A DNA stretch of 64,000 nucleotides, taken from Neocallimastix sp. 'constans' (lineage: Eukaryota). The stretch's first letter is position 1; the number at the start of each line of letters is the position of its first letter. Shown piece by piece: positions 48,601 to 60,920 of the stretch. The position numbers and the translations under genes were made by a program. The stretch spans positions 806,001 to 870,000 of the forward strand of contig JBODTK010000010.1 of NCBI GenBank assembly GCA_050613775.1. Reading direction: 5' to 3'. The notes below the pieces were generated by a model. That model was not told where the DNA came from. It made no database searches and worked only from the letters and a program-made list of their open reading frames with translations.

Positions 48601-50930
48601 TGGTCATACTCTTTCTACTAAGGGTATAAAACCTATGAATTCTAAAATAAAAGTTATTGCTAATTGGTTACCTCCTTCTAATTTAAAACAGTTACGTTCT
48701 TTCTTAGGGGCAATTGGATATTACCGGAAATTCATTAGCCATTTTGCCCAAATTGCTAAACCTTTATATGATTTAACAAAAAAGAATGTTCCTTTTGTTT
48801 GGTCTACCGAATCTAATAATGCATTTGAATTTTTAAAAATTCGTCTTATTAATGCACCTATATTGTCACCTCCAAATTTTGATAAACCATTTATCGTTCG
48901 TTCAGATGCATCTAAATCAGGAATTGGCGGGGTACTACTTCAGTTAGACGATGACAACATTGAGAAGCCATTATATTATGAAAGTAGGACACTTTCCAAT
49001 TCTGAAATCAATTATAGCATTACAGAACTTGAGGGGCTTGCCGCATTTTACTGTGTCATGAAATTTAAACCTTTTCTCACTGGTAATAGTTTTGAGACAA
49101 TTCTTTATACCGATCATAAGCCTTTAGTTTACATATTTAAAAATAAAGAACCTTCTTCAGCAAGGCATGTCAAATGGATAACTGAGTTCAGTATTTTAAA
49201 AATTAAAGTGTTATATGAAGAGGGGAGGAGGAATGTAGTTGCTGATGCACTATCTAGATTACATTCTAACAATGAAAAATATATAATCAAAAATATAAAA
49301 AATGATGATAAACATATAAAAAATAAAAATAAAAGAAATAATATAAAAAATTATAATAAAGATGTATTCAACCAAGTTATAAATAATGAAATTCAAAATT
49401 GTGAAATTAAAAATAATGAAGAAATTAGAAATAAGAAAAATACTAAAATTAATAAAATAAAAGAGTTAGTGGATGAAATTAAGATCAATAGTAATAATGA
49501 AAATTACAAAATGGAATATGAGGAAATTAAAAATAATGTAAATAACATTAATAAGTTTAATAAGTTTAATAATAAATTACATAATAATAATAGTGAAAAT
49601 AATGGAGTGGAAAATAAATTGAATGTGAATTATATGGTATTTCAAACTGAAGAAAATAATAAACATAGTTTTAATAATAATGATAATAATAATAATAATA
49701 TTAATCATGTTAATACTAATAATAATGATATTGATGATAGTACTGAAATACTAAATGATTTCTATAAAAAAATAATAAACCAGAAATTTGTATTAATTGA
49801 TGGAGTTCAGTATTATAAAGATAATAATGAATTAAGAAAAGTAATATTTAATGATAATGAAAAATGGGAACTTATTAGTAAAGCTCATTGTTTAGGACAT
49901 GAAGGTAACTTTAAAACCTACCATCGTTTGAAAAGGAACTATTATTGGATAGGAATGAATAAGGATATCAGATTATTTATTAAATCTTGTCATGTATGTC
50001 AATTATGTAAACCACAACCACCGAATGTATTTACAGAAGATTTAGCTACACCCCCAGGTCTACCTTTTACTCGGGTAGGATTGGATTTAGTTGGACCCTT
50101 ATACGAATCTTTCAGAGGTAATAAATATATAATAGTACTTGTAGATTATTTAACAAAATGGGTGGAAGCTGAAGCATTAGCCAAAACAGAATCAGAAGAT
50201 GTCATTAGATTTTTAAATAATATATTTTCAAGACACGGGATTCCAGAGATATTAATTACTGATAATGGCCCGCAATTCATATCTGATAAAACAAAAGCTT
50301 TCCTAGATTTAAATGATGTCTATGTACATTATATTAGTACTTATCATCCTGCTTCTAACGGAGAAGTTGAAAACAGGAATAGAGAAATAGTCAAATATAT
50401 TAGAATTCTTAAAAGCCAATTTAAAGAATTAAGTAAACAAAATCAAGAATGGGATGATATTTTACCTAGTGCACTTTGGGCTTTAAGAACAACAAAAAAT
50501 GAAGTTACTAAATTTAGTAGTTTCGAATTACTCTATGGTAGGAAAGACTTACAACCATTTGAATTAGCAATTAATATTGACAAAAGATTTCCTGAAGAAT
50601 CAGAAGAAGAATATTTTGTTCGAAAATTTATTAATCACCATAATTGGATTTCTGAAGCAATCAAAAATATTGAAACTGCAAATGAATTATGGAAAGATAG
50701 GAGAAGACAGATTAAAAGATTAAGAAGTGAATTCAAACCAGGAGACCTAGTTTTAGTTAGAAATTTCAATCGAAGGAAACTAGACCCTTATTATATCGGA
50801 CCATTAAAAATAGTTAAACAGCAATTTAATACTGTCACAGTATGTGATCCTTATACGAACGAAATTGCAGAGAGAAACATTCATCTAAAAAATGTAATTC
50901 CATATATTAGTAATTTCCTAAATTATAATC

Positions 50931-50935
<5 letters not shown>
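45446..50935 (+). CDS. pol: Element B Pol (PR-RT-RH-IN), expressed by -1 frameshift
   Basis: Slippery TTTAAAC 45446-45452; the -1 frame is open into the 1786-aa ORF. Motifs FLDSCAS, YIDD, SDAS, HCLGH..CHVC, LDL, TDNG, GPL. No chromodomain. Confidence 0.92.
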
Positions 50936-50997
<62 letters not shown>

Positions 50998-51794
50998 ATG
51001 ATATATATATAAAAAAAAAAAAAAAAAAAAATTTTGATATATATAAAAAATATAAAAAAAAAATATAAAAAAAATATTATAAAATATATAATAGTATTAT
51101 TAGTTTAATAAATATTTTAATATGCTTATAGACTTCAAGGGACGAAGTCTAAGCTAAGTGGGGGCATCTTGATGCATGTCCAGTAAAAATAATAGAAAAT
51201 AATAGAAAAATTATTTAGAAAAATTATTAATATAAATATTTATTAAAAATTAATTTTATATAATGAATCTTAAAATATATTATTAATATATTATTAAAGA
51301 TAATTTATTATTATTAATTATTAAAATATTAAATTAAATAATAATATTAAAAATATTAAAAGAATTGTTGATAATATAGTAAAATTAGTTATATTAATTA
51401 TAACGGAGATTGAATGTTTAATTAAATTGATGTTAATATTAAAATAATTTTTAAATAATGTTAAACAATATGAATTAATAGTTATAAGTAAAAAGTTATG
51501 AATATTTATATTTATTAATTAATTTTAGTGTTTCGATAAATAAAATTTATAAAATTAGTAAAAAATATAATTATGAAAATAATTTATAAATAAATATTTT
51601 CTTTTTTTTTGAAGGAATAATAATAAAACATGTATTTTTTTTATGATAAAATATAATAAATAAAATAATAAAAGATAAATAAATAAAAAGTAAATATAAT
51701 TATTGTAATATAATATTCTTGGAGTAATTCCCTTTTGCACAAACGCCCAACTAACATATACGGTATTTAATAAAATATCGTATCAATTTTGTTA

Positions 51795-51835
51795 TGATAC
51801 CACTATAAAAATAAGATTTAGGTAAAAAATGTAGG
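51795..51835. mobile_element. Short stub, possibly the start of another LTR (TGATACC...)
   Basis: Begins with TG immediately after the displaced end (G)TTA of element A's LTR; interrupted by elements C/D; its other end is not seen. Confidence 0.35.
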
Positions 51836-53089
51836 TTAGTTGTTAAGATTTTGATATAATTTATAATTTAAATTTAAATAAAATAATATGTTTTAATAAA
51901 AATATTCACTAAGTCGATATGTCTATATAGTAATATACTATATAGATATATAATAATAATAATAAATATTTAAATGTTTAGTTTAATAAAAATTTATTTA
52001 TAATAAACTTTGATAATTAGAATTATCAAATTAATTTGATTTTAAATTTATTGATTCTATTTAATAATAAAATATCTATAATATATTACTATTAAGATAA
52101 TTTTACAATAACCTTACAAAGAACATAAAAGATAGATTTTTACATCTTTCTTTTATACTTTGTAAGTTACATAATAATAATATTTAATTATAGGATAGTA
52201 ATAATATAGTAATATAAATAATAATAAAATATAAGGATAAATTTAATTATATAATTAATTTGAATAATTGAATTTAATATAGATATGTTGTAAACATATA
52301 TAAAAACATAATATAAATAAAATACACGTGACGTCAAATGTATCATTGAAATTAATTGTTAATATAAACCTTATTTATTAATATTCTCAGAATTATTAGG
52401 CCTAAGATAACCCTTTAAATATTTAACAAGAATTTATATTAATTATTAATTATTTAAATATATATATTATTTATAATTAAATAAATAATATTTTTAATTA
52501 TTGAAATGTAAATAACTGAAATTGAGATTTCAATTCAGTTATAATTTCAACAACGCCCTCCCATAAAAATCGGATTCAAGACGATTTTTGTGTAACGATA
52601 TGGAGGTCTAAATTTTTTATTAAAAAAAATTTTGAAATTTCATAAATTAAAAAATTTTTTAATTTCAAAGGAAGAAGGTCACTTGAGTCCTTTTAAATTT
52701 TTATAAAAACCCCATTTCAAGTGACCATTTCATTGAAATTTTGAAATTTCTAAAATTTAGTAAAATTAAAATTTAGTTAATAAAATTGATGGTTGTGAAT
52801 ATAATGGTACCATTTTTGAATGGATTTGATTTAGAATTTTTGAAATTGAAATTTTGAAATTTTAATTTCAATTAACTTTTTAATTTGTTGCATTAAATTT
52901 TAAAAAAATGAAAATTACATTAATTTATAAAATTTTGATTATATTGAATTATAAATTGATTGTTAAGAGTGTAATATAGCTATATTTTTTGAATTTTGAA
53001 ATTTTGAAATTTTGATAAATTAAAATTAACTAAAAAAAGATAATAATAAAGTAAAAGTTAAAAAATTAATAATAAAAAATAAATTTTCC

Positions 53090-53131
<42 letters not shown>

Positions 53132-53137
<6 letters not shown>

Positions 53138-56100
53138 ATAAGCTATCGAAGTAAGCTTCCTTCCATTCTTTAAATATAATAAATAAATCTCTTGATTTCT
53201 TGGGTTATTTTCAACTTCTTCTGAAGGAACCCAATCATATGAATTTTTATATTTATACCTTACACGATATTCATAACATTTTTTCTTATAATTGGTCCTA
53301 AATCCTGCTATTTCTATAATATCCTTAATAGATTCATTATGAGATCTTCTTTTTCTATATTCTGGAGGAGTAGGAATGAAAGGCTCGAGCTCAGATATAT
53401 GGAATATTGGATGGTGTTTAGGGAAAGGAGATCTTTTTAAATCTATTTTATAATTATTATTATCTAAAGCTTCAAGTACTTTATAGGGTCCGTACTTACA
53501 AGGTGATAATTTAGAATAATCTTCGATATTAAGAGAAGGAGGACTTTGAACCCATACTAAGTCACCTTCTTTAAAAACAGGAGGTTCTAATCTTTTCTTA
53601 TCAGCATGCCTTTTATATAATTCTTTGGAACGTAGTAAGACGTCTTTAATGTGATTAAAACTAGTATTTACATCTTTTATATATTTAAAATTAGTATCCA
53701 TTTGAGGTAATAAAAAGAATTCGTCCATGGAAGGATGGAACCCATAATTTATAAAGAAAGGTGTTTCCTTAGTAGATTCGTTAACCGAATTATTATATGC
53801 AAATTCTGCAAGGTAGATCCAATCTATCCAGTCATCATGATAATAAGCTCTTGAATAAGCCCTGAGATATTGTTCAATAAAAGAGTTACATCTTTCAACT
53901 TGTCCGACGGTTTCATGATGATCTGTGGTAGCTATATTATTTTTAATTTTTAATAAGTGCATAAATTCATTCCAAAGAGCACTTGTAAATTGTGATCCTC
54001 TGTCTGTATAAATATCTTGAGGTAAACCATGTAGTTTAAAGATATTATTCATAAAGGCCTTAGCAGTTTGTTTTGCATCAGGTATTTGTTTAAAGGGAAT
54101 TAAGTGGATCATTTTAGAAAAACGATCGACAACTACCATAATAACTGTATATCCTTTAGAATCAGGAAGACCGCATAAAAAGTCTATTTCAATAGATTTC
54201 CAAGGTCTTTCGGGAGTATCCAAAGGTTGTAGAAGACCATATTTTCTGTGCCTATTTATTTTGTTTCTTGCACAGGATTGACAAGAGTTTACATATTTGG
54301 TCACATCTTCTTTTATTTTAGGCCACCAAAAGTTTCTTGTTATTAACTCTAAAGTTCTTCTAATTCCTAAATGACCGGCTGCGGGCTTTTCATGATATTT
54401 TGTTAATATTTCTAATCGGAGAACTTCAGGAATATAGACTAGATTATTATAAAATATTAAATTGTCCTTTAATTTAAACTTTTCCATTTTTCTAAAGGGC
54501 TTATAAGACATATCATTTTTTACATTTTGAGGACTAAAGTAAAGTCGAATATCCTCAGCTGTAGCGTCAGACTTGGTAGCATCAATAATTCTTTCTAAAA
54601 GGTCACTTACAATACTAACAAAACATGGAATTTCTTTAACATTTTTAATGTCTAAAATATTTTCAGGTTTTTCTTCAGTGTTGTTTTTAATATAGTCAGG
54701 TCTTCTAGATAGACTGTCAGGTTTTCCGTTTTTGTTTCCCTGTCTATACTTTATTATGAAATTATATTCTTGGAAGAAAAGGTACCATCTGTGTTGTCTT
54801 TGATTTGCAACCTTTCCTCCTAATGTGTATATTAAGTTCCTATGATCCGTATAAACAGTGATTTGGTATTTAGTACCAAGGAGTAGATGTCTCCAAGCAA
54901 TAAAAGCATCCCTTATAGCGAGTAGTTCTTTGTCAGTAATTGTATAATTTATTTCGGCGTTTAGTAAACTTCTAGAATAATATGCTACTGGATGTAAATT
55001 ATTATCTTTATCTCTTTGAGATAGAACAGCACCAATAGCATAATTACTTGCATCGCATTCTACTATAAAAGGTTTTGTAATATCAGGATGAAGTAGAATT
55101 GGAGAAGTAATTAATCTTTTCTTTAATTCCTTAAAAGCATATTCACATTCATTCGTCCATAAAAATTTAATATTCTTTCTTGTTAAATTATGTAAAGGTT
55201 TTGCAATTTTTGCAAAATCTTTAACAAATCTTCTATAGTAATTACATAGGCCAATAAATCTTTGAACATCTTTTAAATTCTCTGGCCTTGGCCACTCTTC
55301 TATAGATTTAATTTTCTTTGGGTCAGTAGATACACCATCACCAGATAAAATGTAACCTAAAAATTCAACTTTATTCTGGTCAAATTCACATTTTTCTAAT
55401 TTTGCATATAAATTATTATTAATTAAAGTTTGAAGGACGTTTCTGACTTGATTATGATGTTCCTCTAAATCTTTGGAATAAATTAAAATATCATCTAAAT
55501 ATAAGATTACACATTTTTCCAAGTATGGTCTAAGAATAGAGTTAATAAATGATTGGAAAGTGGCAGGTGCATTTTTTAATCCAAACGGCATAACTAAATA
55601 TTCATAATGACCATATTTAGTTCTAAACGCAATTTTATATTCATCACCTTCTTTAATTCTTATTAAATTATAACCAGAACGTAAATCCAATTTCGTAAAA
55701 TATTTTGCTCCCTTTACTTTTTCTATTATATCTGTTATTAGAGGGAGAGGATATGAATTTCTAATAGTTACTGCATTTAATTTTTTATAGTCTACACATA
55801 ACCGAAGGGAACCATCTTTTTTCTTTTGAAAAAGGACAGGATATCCAGCAGGAGATTCTGATGGTCTAATAAATCCTTTTTCTAAATTTTCTTTTATATA
55901 GTCCTTAAGAACTTGTGATTCTTCTTCAGTTAATGGATAAATTGGGCCGTAATGGAGTGTAGCGTCTTTTTCTAAAACAATCTTACAGTCGGTTAAACGG
56001 TGAGGAGGTAATTTATCTGCCTCTTTTTTGCTAAATACGATTGCTAAATCTTGATATTGATGAGGAATTTCTTCTATTTTTGGTTCCTCATTTTCAATTT

Positions 56101-57038
56101 CAACTTTATCTTTAGTTGAAAGAAAACAATATATTAAAAAATTATAACTAAATTCTTTTTTATTATTATATAAATCTCGATGATTTTTGTTAAATTTTTT
56201 GGAAGAAAATTTACTTTTAGATTTATTTAAATATTTTACATATACATAAATTTTAGAATTTTTATTAATAGAATTTTTATATTTATTAAACTTTGGATTT
56301 TTTGAAAAATTTTTTAATTTTTTTTAAATTAAATTTTTTGGAGATATTTTTTGAATTATTTTTTGGTCGATTTTTTGAAAAATTTTTATAATAAAATTTA
56401 TTTTTTATTTTTCTTTTAAAAAATTTATCTTTAAAAATTTTTCTTTTCAACGAGTTTAAATAAAAATTATTTTCCTTATGTTTTATGGATTTATTTTTAT
56501 GATTATTTAAAGAATTATAATTTAAATAAGAATATAAGGTATTATTTTTATAATTGTAATGTATTTTGAATTTCCTAATAAACTGATTTCCAAAAAGTAA
56601 ATCAGTTGGAATACAATTTGAAATTAAAAATTTTTCTTTAAAATCTTGAAAATAAAATTTATTATTTTTAAAAAATTTAATTTGAAAATTTAACCAAACA
56701 AATTGATCTAATTTGGTAGTTCTGCCTGAAATACCTTTAACTAGGATTTTATTTTTTGTTTTTTGAATATTTAGTTTTAATTTATTTGCTAATTTTTCTG
56801 TGATAAAATTGCAAAAGGATCCTGAATCTAACATAGATTCAGAAGTTAATTTTTGAATTTTTTCATTTTTAATTGAAAAATTATTTAAGAATTTAATAGG
56901 AATATAAGATTTGAATAAAAGGAATGTAGATGGGAGATTTGATTCATTGATTGAATCAAGTGTAGGAAAATTATAATAAATTGTTTTTAAATTTTTTGAT
57001 GTTCTGGACTCCTTTTGAAGCCCATCAATTAGTTTTTT
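53132..57038 (-). pseudogene. pol: Element C Pol (PR-RT-RH-IN, degenerate chromodomain), one extra frameshift near 56290-56340
   Basis: -1 site AAAAAAC 57038-57032; MLDSGS, LPPHR, YLDD, CDAS, HEKPAAGH..CQSC, GPYKV, YEYRVRYK..DWVP. PR and RT lie in different frames across A-runs. Confidence 0.88.
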
Positions 57039-58102
57039 TGATTAATATTTTGATTATTATTATTATAGTTATTATTATTAAAATAATTATTGCTTGTTTT
57101 ATTTTTAGTATAATAATTATTATTATTATAATTCTTGTTATTGTTTACGTGTGGGCTTGAATGTTTCTTTTTTAAATTTTTATTACCATTATTATTTTTT
57201 AATTGGTCCTTACTATTAATATTATTTTCAAATAAGATACACTTGGTATAAATATCACCAAGCTTTGTGGGGAATTCTTTCATTTTATCTATTTCTTCTT
57301 GGAACTTTGGGTGAAGTCCATTATAGAAAAATAAGACTAAAGCTTCTTCATCCCAAGACAGACCAGTAGTTAACGTTCTGAACTTTTCTATATAATTATT
57401 TATTTTACCATACGAATGTTTTAATTTTACTAACTGGATCTTAGCCAATTTTTTACTTGCAACATTCGTAAAAGTTTTCTTTATATCACTTAATAATTTC
57501 TTTAGTGTTCCTGGACGATTGTTCTCGTTATAGGTAGCAATATACCAATTTCTTGCGCCGTCTCTCAAACGAGATTTAACAAAGTTTATTTTTACTTCTT
57601 CTGGTAAACCTAAGTTGGGATAAATTGAGAAAGTATCTTCACATAATTGACAGAATAAATCAGTGTCAGTAGTGTTACCTGAGAAGAATCCAGGTTCAGG
57701 TACTTGTTGCAAATTATTAGAATAACTATTTTTCATGATGACATCATTGTCTGCATCACGTCTGGTAGAAATAGAGGCGTTATCATCTTGATTTTGTGGT
57801 ACGGATTGGCTAGAAGAGGGATCATCATTGGTACTAATTTTTATATCTAATTTTTCATTGAATATTTTAGTTAAATTAGAAAGTTGATTAATAATATTTT
57901 TATTATCTCTATTAAGTGTATAGAGTTTTTTCTGTAAGTCTTGATTATATTTATTAAAATCTTCTTTTAATAAAAAGCTATCATTAACAGAAGAAGCTAA
58001 TTCTGATACGGTAACTTGGGCGTCAGACCTTAACTTATTAACTTCTGACATTGGGGCAATGTCAGGTATTGAACTAGCCCAGACGTTCGTATAGTAAGAC
58101 AT
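57029..58102 (-). CDS. gag: Element C Gag (retrotransposon gag domain, no CCHC)
   Basis: PEPGFFSG, KINFVKSRLRDGARNW, YIEKFRTL..LSWDEEAL..FYNGL. Confidence 0.88.
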   Translation of the reverse strand: MSYYTNVWASSIPDIAPMSEVNKLRSDAQVTVSELASSVNDSFLLKEDFNKYNQDLQKKLYTLNRDNKNIINQLSNLTKIFNEKLDIKISTNDDPSSSQSVPQNQDDNASISTRRDADNDVIMKNSYSNNLQQVPEPGFFSGNTTDTDLFCQLCEDTFSIYPNLGLPEEVKINFVKSRLRDGARNWYIATYNENNRPGTLKKLLSDIKKTFTNVASKKLAKIQLVKLKHSYGKINNYIEKFRTLTTGLSWDEEALVLFFYNGLHPKFQEEIDKMKEFPTKLGDIYTKCILFENNINSKDQLKNNNGNKNLKKKHSSPHVNNNKNYNNNNYYTKNKTSNNYFNNNNYNNNNQNINQKN

Positions 58103-58845
58103 ATCAAGGTAGCAACTAAAACTAGGGTAAGGTTATTGTTAAGATTTTGATATAATTTATAATTTAAATTTAAATAAAATAATATGTTTTAATAAAAATA
58201 TTCACTAAGTCGATATGTCTATATAGTAATATACTATATAGATATATAATAATAATAATAAATATTTAAATGTTTAGTTTAATAAAAATTTATTTATAAT
58301 AAACTTTGATAATTAGAATTATCAAATTAATTTGATTTTAAATTTATTGATTTTATTTAATAATAAAATATCTATAATATATTACTATTAAGGTAATTTT
58401 ACAATAACCTTACAAAGTATAAAAGAAAGATGTAAAAATCTATCTTTTATGTTCTTTGTAAGTTACATAATAATAATATTTAATTATAAGATAATAATAA
58501 TATAAATAATAATAAAATATAAGGATAAATTTAATTATATAATTAATTTGAATAATTGAATTTAATATAGATATGTTGTAAACATATATAAAAACATAAT
58601 ATAAATAAAATACACGTGACGTCAAATGTATCATTGAAATTAATTATTAATATAAACCTTATTTATTAATATTCTCAGAATTATTAGGCCTAAGATAACC
58701 CTTTAAATATTAAACAAGAATTTATATTAATTATTAATTATTTAAATATATATATTATTTATAATTAAATAAATAATATTTTTAATTATTGAAATGTAAA
58801 TAACTGAAATTGAGATTTCAATTCAGTTATAATTTCAACATTAGT

Positions 58846-59492
58846 TGTTAAGATAATAACTGAATTTCAATTCAATTTCAATTTCGATAATTCAGTTATT
58901 TGAATTTCAATATTAATAAAAAATAATAATATAATAATTATTATTAAAATATTTAGGAATTAGTCTAGGCCAACTAATTACTAAATATTATTAACATATT
59001 GAATTTAATATATATTAAATAATGTAAACACGTGATTGTCATATTAAATTAATTTCTACATATTATATTTTAATTATAAATTATAATATTTAGCAATATT
59101 TAATTCTTATATTTTATTTATATTAATTATTTATATTATTATCTAACTTTATATTATCAATATCAAACTTATATTAATATTATTTACATATTCATATTAA
59201 TAATTAATATTTTAATAATTAATTTATTTTATATAAATACATGTTTAAATTCTTTTGATTAATCCTTTGTAGGATTATTGTAATTTAAATTATAGTAATA
59301 ATTATATAAAATAATAATGTAATAAAATATTATTAAGATTAAATAAAATTTATATTTTAGATAAAAACTTAATTATAAAATTTACTAATAACAATATGTT
59401 TTAAATAAGAATAAAATTTAATTATTAATTAATTACTATAATTTGGCATCTTGACCTAATCGTTAAGACCAAATTATCTAAAAACTTTGACA
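58846..59492 (+). mobile_element. Solo LTR related to the element C LTR, opposite orientation, TSD TTAGT
   Basis: TGTTAAG..TTGACA; shares ATAACTGAATT..TTCAGTTATTT, TAGGCC and CACGTG blocks with the reverse complement of LTR C; TTAGT on both sides. Confidence 0.78.
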
Positions 59493-59789
59493 TTAGTGTT
59501 AAGATTTTGATATATTTTATGTTTTAAATTTAAATAAAATAATATATTAAAATTTTACAAAGTCAATATGTCTAAATAGTAATATGCTATATAGATATAT
59601 AATAATAATAATAAATATTAATAAATATTTAAATGGTTTAGTTTAATAAAAATTTATTTTATAATAAACTTATAATAATTTAAAATTATTTAATTATTTT
59701 TATTTAAAATAATTTCTCTTTATTTATTTAATAATTAAATATCTATAAACAATTAACTATAAAGGTAATTTTACAATAACCTTACAAAG

Positions 59790-60133
59790 GATAGTGCACT
59801 TGAATAAATATAAGCCACATATTTTTGAGATGGCGTATTAGATATAAATTTTTTATATAAATAAATAATTAAATAATAATTAAATAAATATTTTTTTTTT
59901 ATAATAATTTCATAATTTAATATATATATATTTGATAATAAAAAATAAAAAAAATAAAAATATGTTTAATAATTATTTTTTCAAAGAAATTATATGTGCC
60001 ATTTTATTTTAATGTTTTAAATATTATATTCATATTCATAAATAAAAATTTATAAAAAATAATATAAGCCACATTCTAAAATGAAAATTTATGTAAAAAT
60101 ATTTAAAGCCACATTCCGAAACGCACCACCCTC
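59790..60133. mobile_element. Possible MITE-like insertion replacing part of LTR D
   Basis: Absent from LTR C copies; three AAGCCACAT repeats; degenerate ends GGATAGTGCACTTGAAT / TTCCGAAACGCACCACCCTC followed by TATA. Confidence 0.45.
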
Positions 60134-60518
60134 TATATAAAAACATAATATAAATAAAATACACGTGACGTCAAATGTAGTATTGAAATTAATTATTAAT
60201 ATAAACCTTATTTATTAATATTCTCAGAATTATTAGGCCTAAGATAACCCTTTAAATATTTAACAAGAATTTATATTAATTATTAATTATTTTAAATATA
60301 TATATTATTTATATAATTAAATAAATAATATTTTTAATTATTATTGAAATGTAAATAACTGAAATTGAGATTTCAATTCAGTTGTAATTTCAACAAAGCC
60401 CTCCTCTAAAAATCGGATTCAAGACAATTTTTGTGTAACGATAAGGAGGTCTAAATTTTTATTAAAAAAATTTTTTTGAAATTTCATGAATTAAAAATTT
60501 TATTATTTTTGTAAGGAG

Positions 60519-60920
60519 TGATATAAAACAAATATGATTTTTGATATGCGGGACTTTTATGTGCAATAATTTATAAGTATTAGGTTTTTAAATAATGGTA
60601 GTTTAGTAAATTTTATTAATAAAATTATAATATTCGTACAATTAAAATAATAATTCTAATTCCTAAAATTTTACAAGAGAGTCCTAATATAAATAATCTA
60701 ATCTATTTATAAGAAATAGGTTATATATTAATTATATATTCTAATATATAGAACTACATTAATTTTATATGAATTAAAGTATTATAATTATTATAATTAT
60801 AATAATACATATTGAAATAAAATAAAATAAAATAATTATTATCAAAAAGATATAAATTTAATATTTAATAATTATTATTAAATATACAAATATGTTACTA
60901 CACATATTTGTTTTATATCA
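60519..60920. mobile_element. 402-bp non-autonomous element with perfect 18-bp TIRs and 4-bp TSD GGAG
   Basis: TGATATAAAACAAATATG ... CATATTTGTTTTATATCA; GGAG at 60515-60518 and 60921-60924; empty site visible in element C near 52670. Confidence 0.88.

Larger units (their letters stand above)
42592..51785 (+). mobile_element. Non-chromoviral Ty3/Gypsy element B, apparently intact
   Basis: Near-identical ~616-bp LTRs 42592-43208 and 51170-51785 (TGATGC..GTATCA); PBS at 43213; purine tract AAGTGGGGG before the 3' LTR; imperfect TSD ATTTG / ATTT(T)G. Confidence 0.95.
51841..58840 (-). mobile_element. Chromoviral-type Ty3/Gypsy element C, near-complete, TSD TTAGT
   Basis: LTRs 51841-52552 and 58137-58840 (TGTTAAG..TTCAACA); TTAGT at 51836-51840 and 58841-58845; PPT GGGGAGGG; self-complementary PBS 58127-58136. 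Confidence 0.95.

Noticed and set aside
51791..51803. tRNA-iMet PBS (minus-strand TGGTATCA) for the Copia element
   Set aside because: Only 8 nt match, with no adjacent LTR CA end or Copia gag; better explained as an LTR stub.
33895..56340. Additional programmed frameshifts in Copia RT and element C pol
   Set aside because: Single-base indels in or near homopolymers without stimulatory structure; decay or sequencing error is more likely.
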